DNA from: Heterodontus francisci
Lineage: Eukaryota
Length of the DNA: 64,000 nucleotides
Direction of reading: 5' to 3'
Assembly (NCBI RefSeq): GCF_036365525.1
Contig: NC_090396.1
Location: 64,948,429-65,012,428, forward strand
Both the position numbers and the translations under genes were made by a program. Shown here one piece after another: positions 12,890 through 25,162 of this stretch; within the stretch, counting starts at the first letter, position 1, and each line of letters starts with the position of its first letter. A model generated the notes under the pieces. It did not search any database and was not told the origin of the DNA. It worked only from the letters and a program-made list of their open reading frames with translations.

Positions 12890-13880
12890 AAGACCCGAGG
12901 CACCGGAAACGACAACAGCACACCCAGCCCTGTCAACCTGCAAAGTCCTCCTCATGAACATCTGAGCAGTTGTGCCAAAGTTGGGAGAGCTGTCCCACAG
13001 ACTGGTCAAGCACCAGCCTGACATAGTCATACTCACAGAATCATACCTTACATACAATGTCCCAGATACCTCCATCACCATCCCTGGGTATGTCCTGTCC
13101 CACAGCATAACCACCACACAGTCCTTGTGAAGACAAAGACCCGACTTCACATTGAGGATACCGTCCATTGTCTTGTGTGGCACTACCACCGGGCTAAATG
13201 GGATAGATTTCGAACAGATCTCGCAATGCAAAACTGGGCATCCATGAGGCGCTGTGGGCCATCAGCAGCAGCAGAATTGTACTCAACCACAATCTGTAAC
13301 CTCATGGCCCGGCATATCCCCCACTTTACCATTACCATCAACCCAAGGGATTAACCCAGGTTCATTGAGGAGTGCAGGAGACCATGCCAGGAACAGCACC
13401 AAGCATATTTAAAAATCAGGTGCCAACCTGGTGAAGCTACAACACAGGATTACATGTACGTTAAGCAATGGAAGCAGCATGTGATAGACAGAGTTAAGCG
13501 ATCCCACAGCCAATGGATCAGATCTAAGCTCTGCAATCCTGCCACATCCAGTCGTGAATGGTGGTGGAGAATTAAACAACTAACTGAAGGAGAAGGCTCC
13601 ACAAATATCCCTATCCTCAATGATGGGGGAGCCCAGCACGAAAGATAAGGCTGAAGCATTTGCAACAATCTTCAGCCAGAAATGCCAAGTGGATGATCCA
13701 TCTCAGCCTCCTCCTGAGGTCCCCAGCATCACAGATACCAGTCTTCAACCATATTGATTCACTCCACGTGATATTAGAAACGACTGAAGGCACTGGATAC
13801 AGCAAAGGCTATGGCCCCTGACAACATTCGGACAATAGTACTGAAGTGATGGAAGGTGTCGTTGACAGTGCTATCAAGCA
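12890..13880 (+). mobile_element. LINE family C ORF2 remnant (endonuclease to RT linker)
   Basis: QPDIVILTES, VWHYHRAKWDRFR, SSREWWWRIKQL; homologous to 38196-39297 on the - strand. Confidence 0.8.
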
Positions 13881-14496
13881 ATCTGAATCTTGGCTTTCCA
13901 GAATGATGACAAAATAAAGCAAATGTCTTGAAAGATTGGGGGAAGCAATGAGAAGTGGGAAACTAAATTGGCTGATGCTGGGACAGTCCTTTTTTGATGG
14001 ACAGTGAAACATTTGATGAATTTTATGCACTAGGACAGATAGTGTCCAGTTTGATAACTTCTGATTTCCACCAAAACAAATCACAGATTTCTTCCTAACT
14101 TAAAAAAGATTCACGTGACATGAGAATGTAATTACTTTTTTAAAACGATGTTCAGCTATATTCATCATTTTCAGGTGTTGAAGGTTTTAAGATGTCCTTG
14201 TTAGATGTGCAAACTTTAGGCATCTGAAAGTTGCTGTACAACAGACCAGCCTTAATATTTGTTTCTTCCTGATTTATGGAATTCTCATTTGATCACATTT
14301 TGTGAAGTTGTCCCAAACAGCTGCAAGTTAACAGGGTTTGTCTGTATTGTTGAGAGGCCTAAAATTTAATGCACTTTGAAAAAAACAGCATAGCCTGTGT
14401 TAGGAAGGGGAGTGACAGCAGACAGCTTGGAAGTGAATGTGACTCATTCTGATCAATGTGTGGTATCCTTTGTCACATTCAGGGTGTGAAAACTGA

Positions 14497-15350
14497 CGCA
14501 CACAAAAAAAGTGCAGATACTGGCACACACACACCCACTGACAGATACACACGTATACACACTCAAACATGCACACACATGCACACTGACAGTTGCACAC
14601 GTACACACTCATACATGCACGCGCACACACAGACAGTTACACACATGCACACACTCAAACATGCACACTGATAGTTACACACATGCACACACTCATACAT
14701 GCGCACACTGACAGTTACACACATGTACACACTCATACATGCGCACACTGACAGTTACACACATGTACACACTCATACATGCGCACACTGACAGTTACAC
14801 ACATGTACACACTCATACATGCGCACACTGACAGTTACACACATGTACACACTCATACATGCGCACACTGACAGTTACACACATGTACACACTCATACAT
14901 GCGCTCACTGACAGTTACACACATGTACACACTCATACATGCACACACTGACAGTTACACACATGTACACACTCATACAGGCACACACAGACAGTTACAC
15001 ACATGTACACACTCAAACATGCACACACTGACAGTTACACACATGTACACACTCAAACATGCACACACACACTGACAGTTACACACATGTACACACTTAT
15101 ACATGCACACACACAGACAGTTACACACATGTACACACTTATACATGCACACACACACTGATAGTTACACACATGTACACACTCATACATGCGCACACTG
15201 ACAATTACACACATGTACACACTCATGCATGCACACACACTGACAGATACACACACAGATACACATGCACACAGTCATACATGTACACACTCATATATGT
15301 TTACACACACACACTTACTGATACACAAATGCACACGCACATGCACACAC
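14497..15350. repeat. CA-rich minisatellite with a 40-bp core unit
   Basis: acagttacacacatgtacacactcatacatgcgcacactg repeated exactly around 14710-14940, degenerating outward. Confidence 0.95.
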
Positions 15351-15936
15351 AGGAACAGAGTATCACAGTTCTGTGTGTAAATATTCACATTCCGTCTAAA
15401 AGTTTGGGTGCACAGATGCATTCTTTGCACATCAGCTGCTATTTATAGGATTTGGTCTAGCTGAGGATTGAGAAGCTTTTTATTCCCCCAAGTTTAGTTT
15501 TCCCATCACCAACTATTTTTCTGTCAGGCACCGGCCAGTTGGCAGCTGAATTTGAAGGTGTGAGTGGAGAATCTGGTTGTGAAGTTCAAACAGGAGCCAG
15601 TACACGTGTTTTAAGGCTGAAATATAATTAACAATTCATTTAGCTACAGACACATCAGAATCTCACCAACGCACAGCTCATTTATACACTGAATCTCCAT
15701 ACAGATTGAGATGCATTTATATACAGACAATCGATCGTTAACAAAAATCGGACTCCGAGGAACTGCCCCGCAGCGAAGAAATGAGTTTAACATATTTTGA
15801 CACATGGTGGCAGGAGTTACCGCGAGTTCGTCCGAAATGGGTAGAAATAAAAACATTCAGTGTCAGGAAGAGTTCATGGGGGTCGGTGGTATTTTTTTTG
15901 GGGGGGGGGGGGGGTGGTGTTGGTTGGGAGCAGGGA

Positions 15937-16065
15937 TCAGGCGCTCACACAGTCCTGAGAGTCCAGGGACAGGAATACATCGGCTTTACATTGAAAGGTG
16001 TTCAGCCCGTCCTGGAGCAGCTCACAGCTCTGCAGATTGGGAGAGATATCCTTCACACAGATAGC
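15937..16065 (-). CDS. NPB: NPB coding exon 2
   Basis: ttcctttggcag|[42 protein letters not shown]; 129 nt. Candidate AATAAA on the - strand at 15479-15484. Confidence 0.92.
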   Translation of the reverse strand, partial: AICVKDISPNLQSCELLQDGLNTFQCKADVFLSLDSQDCVSA

Positions 16066-19000
16066 CTGCCAAAGGAACACACACACATTATTAATCCTCA
16101 CAGTCACTACAATTAAAGAAGAGACAGTGCCGCCACTCAGGTCAGTCCGAGTGTGTGAACAGAAAATACTACTTACCACAACATTGAGTCTTGTGGAGGG
16201 TTTTGCATCATAATCTGCCTTTGGCTCACTGACTGACTGACTGACTGACTGGCCTCTGTGTATTTCCAGCTCTAATGCTTTTTATTTCAGATTTGCAGGG
16301 TTTTTGGTTCCGTTTATAATGCTCGCAGTCTCTGTGCCGAGTGTGACCACAACCCTGCTCATTACAAACTCCTCACCAGTGCCTTTCTGCAAGACAGCAG
16401 CTGCACCTGGAGTCCCTGCACCCTCTCATACCAACCCTACCCCTTCCCCTCACCTCTCACTCTCCCTCTCTTCACCCTCTCTCCATCTCCCTCCCTTCAC
16501 CCTCTCCCCCTCCCTTCCTCTCCCTCCCCTCACCTCTCTCCCTCCCCTCGCCTCTCTCCCCCTCCCTTCCCCTCACCTCTCCCTCTCTTCACCCTCTCTC
16601 CCTCTCCCTCTCCCCCTCCCTTCCTCTCCCTCCCCTCACCTCTCCCCCTCCCTTCCCCTCAGCTTCTCTCCCTCCCCTCACCCTCTCTCCCCTCCCATTC
16701 TTTCCCTCCCCTCACCCTCTCCCCTCACCTCTCTTCCTCCACTCCACTTCTCCTCTCTCCCCCTTCCCTCCCCCTTCCCCTCTCCTTCCCTCCCTCCCCT
16801 TCTCTCCCATCCCCTCCCCTTCTCCCTCTCCCTCCTCACCTTCTTTCCCCCTCCCTCCCCTCACCTTCTCTCCCCCTCCCCTTACCCTCTCCCTCCCCTC
16901 ACCTTCTCTCCCCTCACCCTCCCCGCAACAACACTCTAAGCGGCTGCAATAGAGAATACAGTTGTAATAAAAACAAGAAATGCTGGAAATACTCAGCAGG
17001 TCTGGCAGCATCTGAGGAGAGAGAAGCAGAGTTAACCTGAAACATTAACCTGAAACATTTAACTCTGCTTCTCTCTCCACAGATGCTGCCAGACCTGCTG
17101 AGTATTTCCAGCATTTCTTGATTTTATTTCAGATTTCCAGCATCTGCAGTATTTTGCTTTTATTTTAGAGAATATAGCTGTGATCAGTCGGGTATTATGG
17201 ACTCTGCTGGGGTTTGAGTGGATTTACTGAAATTATGCTTTTAAAAGATGGGTTTCCTTACGAGGAGAGGAGCAAGTAATTTCACTCAGCAACTATTGTA
17301 AAATACAATCAGACAGCACAGGACATGTCTTGGTCCCGCCCTGAAATATATAATTATTTAAATACCCCCTCCTTCGCCGTCTAAAGATATAATATCTGGA
17401 GACAGTCGGGAAAGGTTTACATTAACACATTCATCAGGTTTGAATTTAAGTCTTTTTAAGACTTCACGTTCCAAAAGCCTGGCTCCTCTCAGACTGTCTC
17501 CCGCGCGGTCTTAACGCCCGCCGCTCCCTACGCTCGTCAAAAAAAGTCTTGAATAACATTCGAAATTTTACATCGTATTTTAAAGCCAAAGTGTAACGTA
17601 TTAATCTTATTCAAATCATCATTTTAGATAAGGCCTGGAAGATGACTCTTCAGATAATACTTAAAAAATATATACCAGCAATATTTAATTCAGATTAAGA
17701 ATGAGAATGATTTTTTAGGAAGAATGTTATAGATTTCTCCTGAGGAGTTTTTCATGTCTCTCTCTCTCTCTCTCTGCCACTTGCTGTTTATGTGCCCATC
17801 TCTCTCACTTTTGTCCCTGCGTGTGCCCCACTACGTCTGGTCTGTTTATCTCTCGTTGTTGGTTTCTCTCTTCCTCTGTATCTATCTCCTTGCAAGTGTA
17901 TGAATGTCTCTCTCTGTCCCACTCTCTTTTCCCCACTCTCTGTCCCCCCCTCTCTCTTCCTTCCCTCTCTCTCTGTCCCACTCTCTCTCTCTCTTCCCCC
18001 TTCTCTCTTTGTCCCCCTTCTCTCTCTTCCTTCCCTCTCTTTCTGTCCCCCTCTCTCTCTTCCTTCCCTCTCTCTCTCTTCCTTCCCTCTCTCTTCCCCC
18101 CTCTCTCTCTGTCCCCCTCTCTCTCTTCCTTCCCTCTCTGTCCCACTCTCTCTCTCTCTTCCCCCTTCTCTCTCTCTCTGTCCCACTCTCTTTTCCCCAA
18201 TCTCTGTCCCCCTCTCTCTCTTCCTTCCCTCTCTCTCTGTCCCACTCTCTTTTCCTCACTCTCTCTCTCTTCCCCCTTCTCTCTCTCTTTGTCCCACTCT
18301 CTTTTCCCCAATCTCTGTCCCCCTCTCTCTCTGTCCCACTCTCTCTGTCTCTTCCCCCTTCTCTCTCTCTCTGTCCCACTCTCTTTTCCTCACTCTCTCT
18401 CTTCCCCCTTCTCTCTCTCTCTGTCCCACTCTCTTTTCCCCAATCTCTGTCCCCCTCTCTCTCTTCCTTCCCTCTCTCTCTGTCCCACTCTCTCTCTCTT
18501 CCCCCTTCTCTCTCTCTCAGTCCCACTTTCTTCCCCCTTCTCACTCTCTCTCTCTGTCCCACTGTCTCTCTCTCTTCCTCCCCCCCTCTCTCTCCCCCCT
18601 TCTCTCTCTCTCCGTCCCACTCTCTTTTCCCCAATCTCTGTCCCCTTCTCTCTCTTCCTTCTCTCTCTCTCTGTCCCCCTCTCTCTCTTCCCCCTTCTCT
18701 CTCTGTCCCACTTTCTTCCCCCTTCTCACTCTCTCTCTGTCCCACTGTCTCTCTCTCTTCCTCCCCCCCCCCCCCCCCTCTCTCTCTCTCTCTTCTCCCT
18801 TCTCTCTCTCACTTTCTGTCCCACTCTCCTTTTTACTCACCATGTTTTTGATGATGGTTGTCTGCCTGGGTTGAACGCCGAGCTCTGAATACACGCTGTT
18901 CTCCGCCGATTCTGCCGCTTCGCTGGGCTCTGATCTGCGAATGTAGGGCGAGCGGCGGATCCCGGACAGGAGCCCGGACGCTCTGCCCACCGAGTAGTAG

Positions 19001-19107
19001 CTGGGTCCGGTCGCCTGCTTGTACCACGCCTCGCCTGGACTGGGGACGAGAGTGGAGAGAAGCACACACAGGGCGGCCAGTTTGAGGGATGTCCCGAGTG
19101 CTGGCAT
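15937..19107 (-). CDS. NPB: Neuropeptide B precursor, 2 exons (19107-18841, 16065-15937), 131 aa
   Basis: Signal peptide [27 protein letters not shown], mature peptide [29 protein letters not shown] followed by RR. Phase-0 GT..AG intron 16066-18840. Cys-rich C-terminal exon. Confidence 0.95.
16440..16922. repeat. C/T-rich polypyrimidine tract in the NPB intron
   Basis: Almost purely C/T on the + strand. Confidence 0.95.
16966..17165. mobile_element. Penelope-like terminal remnant forming a 70-bp inverted repeat
   Basis: Arms 16966-17035 and 17059-17128 match the Penelope 3' end at 28070-28190; flanked by direct repeats tagagaatacagttgt / tagagaatatagctgt. Confidence 0.8.
17905..18830. repeat. 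Compound (CT)n/ctgtccc polypyrimidine minisatellite in the NPB intron
   Basis: Repeated tctctctgtcccactctc / ttcccccttc units. Confidence 0.95.
18841..19107 (-). CDS. NPB: NPB coding exon 1 (signal peptide, mature peptide, spacer)
   Basis: ATG at 19107-19105; ends IIKNM|gtgagt; 267 nt. Confidence 0.95.
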
Positions 19108-19214
19108 GTTGGGTCTGGGTCTGGGTCTCTGTGTGTTACAGTCTGGGTCTGTCAGTTACAGTCTGCACCTATCACTGGCAAGGACTCAGAACTGAAATCT
19201 ACCATCTCAGCCCC

Positions 19215-19222
19215 TTTAAATA
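19215..19222 (-). promoter_or_regulatory. Candidate TATA-like box (TATTTAAA) of NPB
   Basis: About 110 nt upstream of the NPB ATG on the coding strand. Confidence 0.45.
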
Positions 19223-19444
19223 TCCCCATCCCCCTCCTAATTTATGGATAGTGTCTCCGTCACACGCACGCAGTAATTGCTTCTATAATCTGAATTAATT
19301 ACAACCCCTTTTACTTGTAGGCGATGGAAGCTCATGTTGAATCATTCAGGAACTCACAGCAAGTGTTTCTCCCCCCAACACCCCCCCCACCCCCACCCCC
19401 CGAGCTCATGTGCTCTATTCTGAGAAATCATTTCTAAAATTCTA

Positions 19445-19690
19445 TCTGGGGATGTGGGCGTCACTGGCCAGGCCAGCATTTATTGTCCATCCCTAATTGC
19501 CCTTGAGAAGGTGGTGGTGAGCTGCCTTCTTGAACCGCTGCAGTCTATGTGAGGTAGGTATACCCACAGTGCTGTTAGGAAGGGAGTTCCAGCATTTTGA
19601 CCCAGTGACAGTGAAGGAACGGCGATATAATTCCAAGTCAGGATGGTGTGTGACTTGGAGGGGAACTTGCAGGTGGTCCCCATGTGTCGG
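19445..19690 (-). mobile_element. LINE family C 3' end
   Basis: Same sequence as at 47570 and 51050. Confidence 0.78.
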
Positions 19691-19954
19691 CTGCCCTGTG
19701 GAAACAGCTGGGGCATGTTCAGAAGGGTACAGCTTTTGGGGGGCTAACTCTGGTCAGATGGGGCAGAGAGGGAGAAATACAAAGCAGTGGAAGATCAGTA
19801 ATGGAAAGCAATGGGCAGTTAGGATGGACCAGCAGAGTACTGGATGAGCTTGGGTGTACACGGGATGTACGGTGTGAGGCTGCCCAGTAGAGCAGTGGAA
19901 TAGTCCAGACTAGAGGTAACAAAGGCATGGATGATGGTTTCAGCAGCAGATAAA

Positions 19955-22750
19955 TCATAGAAATTTACAGCATAGTAGGAGGCCATTTGGCCAGCCATGG
20001 CTGTGCCAGCTCTTTGAAAGAGCTATCCAATTTAGGCCCAGCTTTTTCCCCTATAACCCTGCAAATTATTTCTCTTTAAGGATATGTCCAATTGCCTTTT
20101 GAAAGTTGCTATAGAATCTGAATCCACACCCTTTCAAATAGTGTGTTCCAAATCTTACCAACCTCCCATCCCCCATAATTTTGAATATCTCTATTAGACA
20201 TTCCGTTAACCTGCTCTACTCTAAGGAGAACAATCCCAGCTTCTGCAAACTCTTCACATAACTGAAGGTCCTCATCCCTGGTACATCCTAGTAAACCTCC
20301 TCTATACCCTCTCCCAGTCCTGGACAGCCTTCCGAAAGTGTGCTGCCCAGAATTGTATACAATACTCCGGCTGGGCCCAGTGTGGGACTAGATGAGTTGC
20401 TCTTGCAGAGAGCTGGCATGGAGATGAGAGGCCGAATGGCCTCCTTCTGTGCTGTAACTATTCTATGATTTGTAAAGGATTTAGCGTGACTTCCTTATTT
20501 TTGTGTTCAAAGCCCCAATTTACGAAACCCAAGTACCATATGCTTTCTTAACCATCTTATCAATTTGTCTCTTCAAAGATTTATGAATATGTACATGCAG
20601 ATCTCTCAGTGTAGTACCAGGCGACATAGTCCCCATGTTGTTTCTCCCAAAGTGAATCACTTCTCAGATATCTGCATTAAATTGCATCTGCCGTGTGTCT
20701 GCCCATTTCACCAGTCCTGAACTCTGCTATTATCCTGCTCACTACTTACTCTGTTGTCAAGTTCTTTTTGATCATCCGCAAACTTCAAAATTGTACTCCC
20801 TATACCCAAGTCCAGGTTATTTATATATAACAAGAAAAGCAATAGTCCTAATACTGACCCCTGGGGGACCCCATTGCATACTTCTCTCCAATCAGGAAAA
20901 CATCTATTCACTACACTCTGCCTCCTATCCCTTACCCAATTACATACGCAAGTTATCACTGTCCTTTTAATACCAAATAAGTCTGTTCTGTGATACTTTA
21001 TCAAAGAAAACAGATACAAAGTACTGATTCAGTACCTCAGTCATGTCCTCTGCCTCCACAAGAAGATTTCCTCTTTGTTCCTAATCGTCCCCACCATTCC
21101 AATAACTATCCTTTTACTCTTTCATATGCTTATAAAATATTTTTAGGTTCTTTTTTATGTTACCTGTTAATCTTCCCTCATACTCTCTCTGTCTTTCTTA
21201 TATCCTTTGTCAATTTCTCCCTGCACACTTTGTATGCTGCCTGGTTTTCAGTTGTATTCTGTATCTGATATTTAAATGTCATAAACCTGAGTTTTCTGTA
21301 TTATTTTAGACTCTAATTCCTTTGTCATCTGGGGAGCTCTAGCTTTTCTCCTGCTGGGAATGTATTTGGTTTGTACCTGCACTATCACTGCCTTGAGGCC
21401 TGCTATTGCTCATTTACTGTTTTCCTGACCACCTGTTCTAGGTACCTTCCCAAAATTACTGAAATTACCCAGATGTCCTCTCACTTAAACAAACTCCACT
21501 TGCCCTACTTCATTCCCTACTACTAGATTCAGCACTGCTTCATTCCCCATTGGGCTATGAACATACTGATTAAGAAAGTTGTCCTGTCCACATTTTAGAA
21601 ATTCTTCACCCTCATTGCCCTTTACTCTGCATTTTCCCCAATCTCTATTGGGGTAATTGAAGTCTCTTACCATTCTTCTTCTTCTTTGGCCTCCTTATCT
21701 CGAGAGACAATGGATAAGCGCCTGGAGGTGGTCAGTGGTTTGTGAAGCAGCGCCTGGAGTGGCCAAAAAGGCCAATTCTTGAGTGACAGGCTCTTCCACA
21801 GGTGCTGCAGAAAAATTTGTTTGTCGGGGCTGTTACACAGTTGGCTCTCCCCTTGCGCTTTTGTCTTTTTTCCTGCCAACTACTAAATCTCTTCGACTCG
21901 CCACACTTTAGCCCCGTCTTTATGGCTGCCCGCCAGCTCTGGCGGACGCTGGCAACTGACTCCCACGACTTGTGATCAATGTCACAGGATTTCATGTCGC
22001 GTTTGCAGACGTCTTTAAAGCGGAGACATGTACGGCCGGTGGGTCTGATACCAGTGGCGAGCTCGCTGTACAATGTGTCTTTGGGGATCCTGCCATCTTC
22101 CATGCAGCTCACATGGCCAAGCCATCTCAAGCGCCGCTGACTCAGTAGTGTGTATAAGCTGGGGATGTTGGCCACCTCGAGGACTTCTGTGTTGGAGATA
22201 CGGTCCTGCCACCTGATGCCAAGTATTCTCCGGAGGCAGCGAAGATGGAATGAATTGAGACGTCGCTCTTGGCTGACATTACTTACCATCTCTTACCATT
22301 ACTGCATTATTATTTTTACGACTTAAAATCCTGCCAGATGAAGCCAACATGGATTTATATTGAAGAAGTGTTGGCCTGTGTGGAAAGTGCATTTGTCTGA
22401 AATTTTCTGATAGATTTGTTCCTCTATTTCCATCTCACTATTTGGAGTCTATAATAAACACCCAGCAATGTAGCAGCTCCTTTACTGTTCCCTAACTCGA
22501 ACCAAATAGATACAGTTTTTGAACCCACTAGTATATCTGTAATCTGTAGAACTGCAATATCGATGTTGATCGATGCTGCCACCCACTTATTTTGTTTTCC
22601 CTTCCTTAACCCTCCTGAATATATTGTAACCAGGAATGTTTAGCTTCCACTCCTGCCCATGTTTAAGCCAGATCTCTGTTATCGCCGCAACATCATAACC
22701 CTATGTGACAACTTGTGCCTGTAGCTCATCAACCTTATTTGTAACAGTCC
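19955..22750 (-). mobile_element. Degraded CR1 LINE (endonuclease to RT), interrupted by an RTE element
   Basis: GVPQGSVLGLLLFLLYINNLD...KFADD; DFNYPN...FLNQYV...AVLNLV. Confidence 0.82.
21673..22279 (-). mobile_element. Young 5'-truncated RTE-clade LINE with a (GAA)n tail and 12-bp TSD
   Basis: FHLRCLRRILGIRWQDRISNTEVL...RLRWLGHV...CGRACHSRIGL; TSD tctcttaccatt at 21663-21674 and 22289-22300. Confidence 0.9.
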
Positions 22751-23544
22751 TTAAGTAAACACACTTGCATTACAACACCATGCTATTCGGCTTTGCTTTT
22801 CTCCTCCATCTAATTCCTGCTCTTTCTAAGCTATTCTTTGTTCTCTTGCAGTTCGTCTGTCCTAGATTTCGACACACCTTCTGCCAAATTTGTTTAGCTG
22901 AGCTGAGGCAGAGGCAGAGACAGCTGATGTTACGTAGATCAGAGTGTGTGGTCTTGGTGATGGAGAGGATCCACACACAGATATGCACACAGAACATACA
23001 CAGGCACACACACACATACAGTACACACACGCGTGCACAAAAATCCTGCCAGATAAAGCCAACATGGATTTATATTGAAAAAGTGTTGGTCTGTGTGGAA
23101 AATACATTGACACATCGACTGCCAGTGAGCGCACTGACTAATTCACACAGCTGTGGACTGACATCTCCCCACAACTGTCACCTGTAAGACTGCAGCAAAC
23201 CACCATTACTGCATCTGGTAAATGAGAACAACCCATCTGAAGCAGTAAGGAACATTTGAATATATCCTGCATCCTCAGAAAGGTGCTTAACAGACAGTTA
23301 ATTATGTTGAAGCATCATAACTGTTGCTATGCAAGCTAACATGGTGCCCATTTTGTGTTCAGCAAGATCCCACATACAGAAATGAGATGGTTGCCCAGCT
23401 TCTGTGTTTGTTGGGGGTGTTGGATGAGGGAACCAGGACACTGGGTGTACTCTTTCCTCTTCAAATAGGATCACAAGATCTTTCATCAGGACAGACGGAA
23501 AGGACTTCAGTTTAACATTCAATCTGTAGGCTTGAAATGAGCTT

Positions 23545-25162
23545 CTGACCTCACATTCGCACCATTACTAAGACTGTCTATTTCCATCTCTGGAACATCA
23601 CCCGACTTCACCCCTGTCTCAGCTCATCTGCTGCTGAAACCCTCATTTGTGCCTTTGTTATCTCTACATTTGACTATTCCAATGCACTCCTGGCTGGGCT
23701 CCCATAGGCTACTCTCTGTAAACTTGAGGTCATACAAAACTCTGCTGCCCATGGCTCAACTCACACCATTCCGTTCCCCCATCACCCCTGTGCTCACCGA
23801 CTTACACTGGCTCCCGGTCAAGCAATGTCTTGATTTTAAAATTCTCATCCTTGTTTTCAAATCCCTCCATGGCCTCGCCCCTCCCTACCTCTGTAATCTC
23901 CTCCAGCCCCACAACCCTCCTAGCAATCTGCACTTCTTTAATTCTGGCCTCTTGTACATCCCTGATTTTAATTGCTCTGACATTGGTGGCTGACGCCTTC
24001 AGTTGCCTAAGTCCCAAGCTCTGGAATACCCTCCCTGCACCTCTCTACCTTGCTTTCCTCCTTTAAGACACTCCTTAAAACCTACCACTTTGACCAAGCT
24101 TTTGGTCATCTGACCTAATATCTCCTTATGTGTTAGGACCCTTACTCTTCCTGATATATATTAATAACCTAGACCTTGGTGTGGAGGGCACAGTTTCAAA
24201 ATTTGTCAATGATACAAAACTTGGAAGCATTGTGAACAGTGAGGAGGATAGTGTAGAACTTCAAAAGGACATAGACAGGCTGGTGTAATGGGTGGACAAG
24301 TGATAGATAAAATTTAATGCAGAAAATTGTGAAGTGATTCATTTTGGTAGGAAGAACACAGAGAGACGATGTAAAATAAAGGGCTCAAATCTAAAGGGGG
24401 TGCAGGAGCAGAGGGATCTATCTGGGTGTATATGTGCACAAATCATTGAAGGTGGCAGGACTGGTTGAGAAAGTAGTTAATAAAAGCATACAATATCCTA
24501 GGCTTTATTAATAGGCTCATAGTGTACAAAAGCAAGGAAGTTATGTTAAACTTGTATAGAACGCTGGTTTGGCCTCAGTTGCAGTATTGTGTCCAGTTCT
24601 GGGTGTCACACTTTAGGAGAGATGTGAAGGCGTTAGAGAGACTGCAGAAGTTAGGACTGTTTTCCTTGGAGAAGAGAAGGTGGAGAGGAGATTTGATAGA
24701 GGTATTCAAATTCATGAGGGGTCTGGACAGGGTAATAGGGAGAAAGTATTCCCATTGGTGGGAGGATCGAGAACAAGAAGGCACAGATTTATGGTAATTG
24801 ACAAAAAAAGCAATGGCAACATGGGGAAAAACTTTTTCACACAGCGAGTGGTTCGGATCTGGAATGCACTGCCTGAGAGTGTGGTGGAGGCAGATTCAAT
24901 CGAGGCATTCAAAAAGGAATTGGATTGTTATCTGAAAAGGAAGAATGCGCAGTGCTATGGGGAGAAGGCAGGGGAGTGGCATTCGGTAAATTGCTCCTTC
25001 AGAGAGCCAGCACAGACACGACAGGCTGAATGGCCTCCTTCAGTGTTGTGACAATTTTGTGCTGCGATTGGGTGTCATACTTGGTTTTATATCACTCCTG
25101 TGAAGCACCTTGGGATGTTTTATTATGTTAAAGGTGCTATATAAATATAAGTTGTTGTTGTT
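23545..25162 (+). mobile_element. L2 LINE 3' end split by a CR1 insertion
   Basis: ITPVLTDLHWLPVKQCLDFKILILVFKSLHGLAPPYL; the tail resumes at about 25065 and ends in (ttg)n. Confidence 0.82.
24135..25055 (+). mobile_element. CR1 LINE 3' part nested in the L2
   Basis: YKSKEVMLNLYRTLV...GDLIEVFK, KNFFTQRVVRIWNALP. Confidence 0.88.

Noticed and set aside
14400-15448. His/Thr- and Cys/Val-rich ORFs; regular 40-bp array superficially like a CRISPR
   Set aside because: CA-rich tandem repeat with no unique spacers, in eukaryotic DNA.
16304-16939. 211-aa Pro/Ser/Leu ORF
   Set aside because: Polypyrimidine tract.
17788-18888. Long ORFs (up to 360 aa) rich in S/L/P or R/E/G on both strands
   Set aside because: Translations of the CT/GA minisatellite in the NPB intron, which lacks stop codons by composition.
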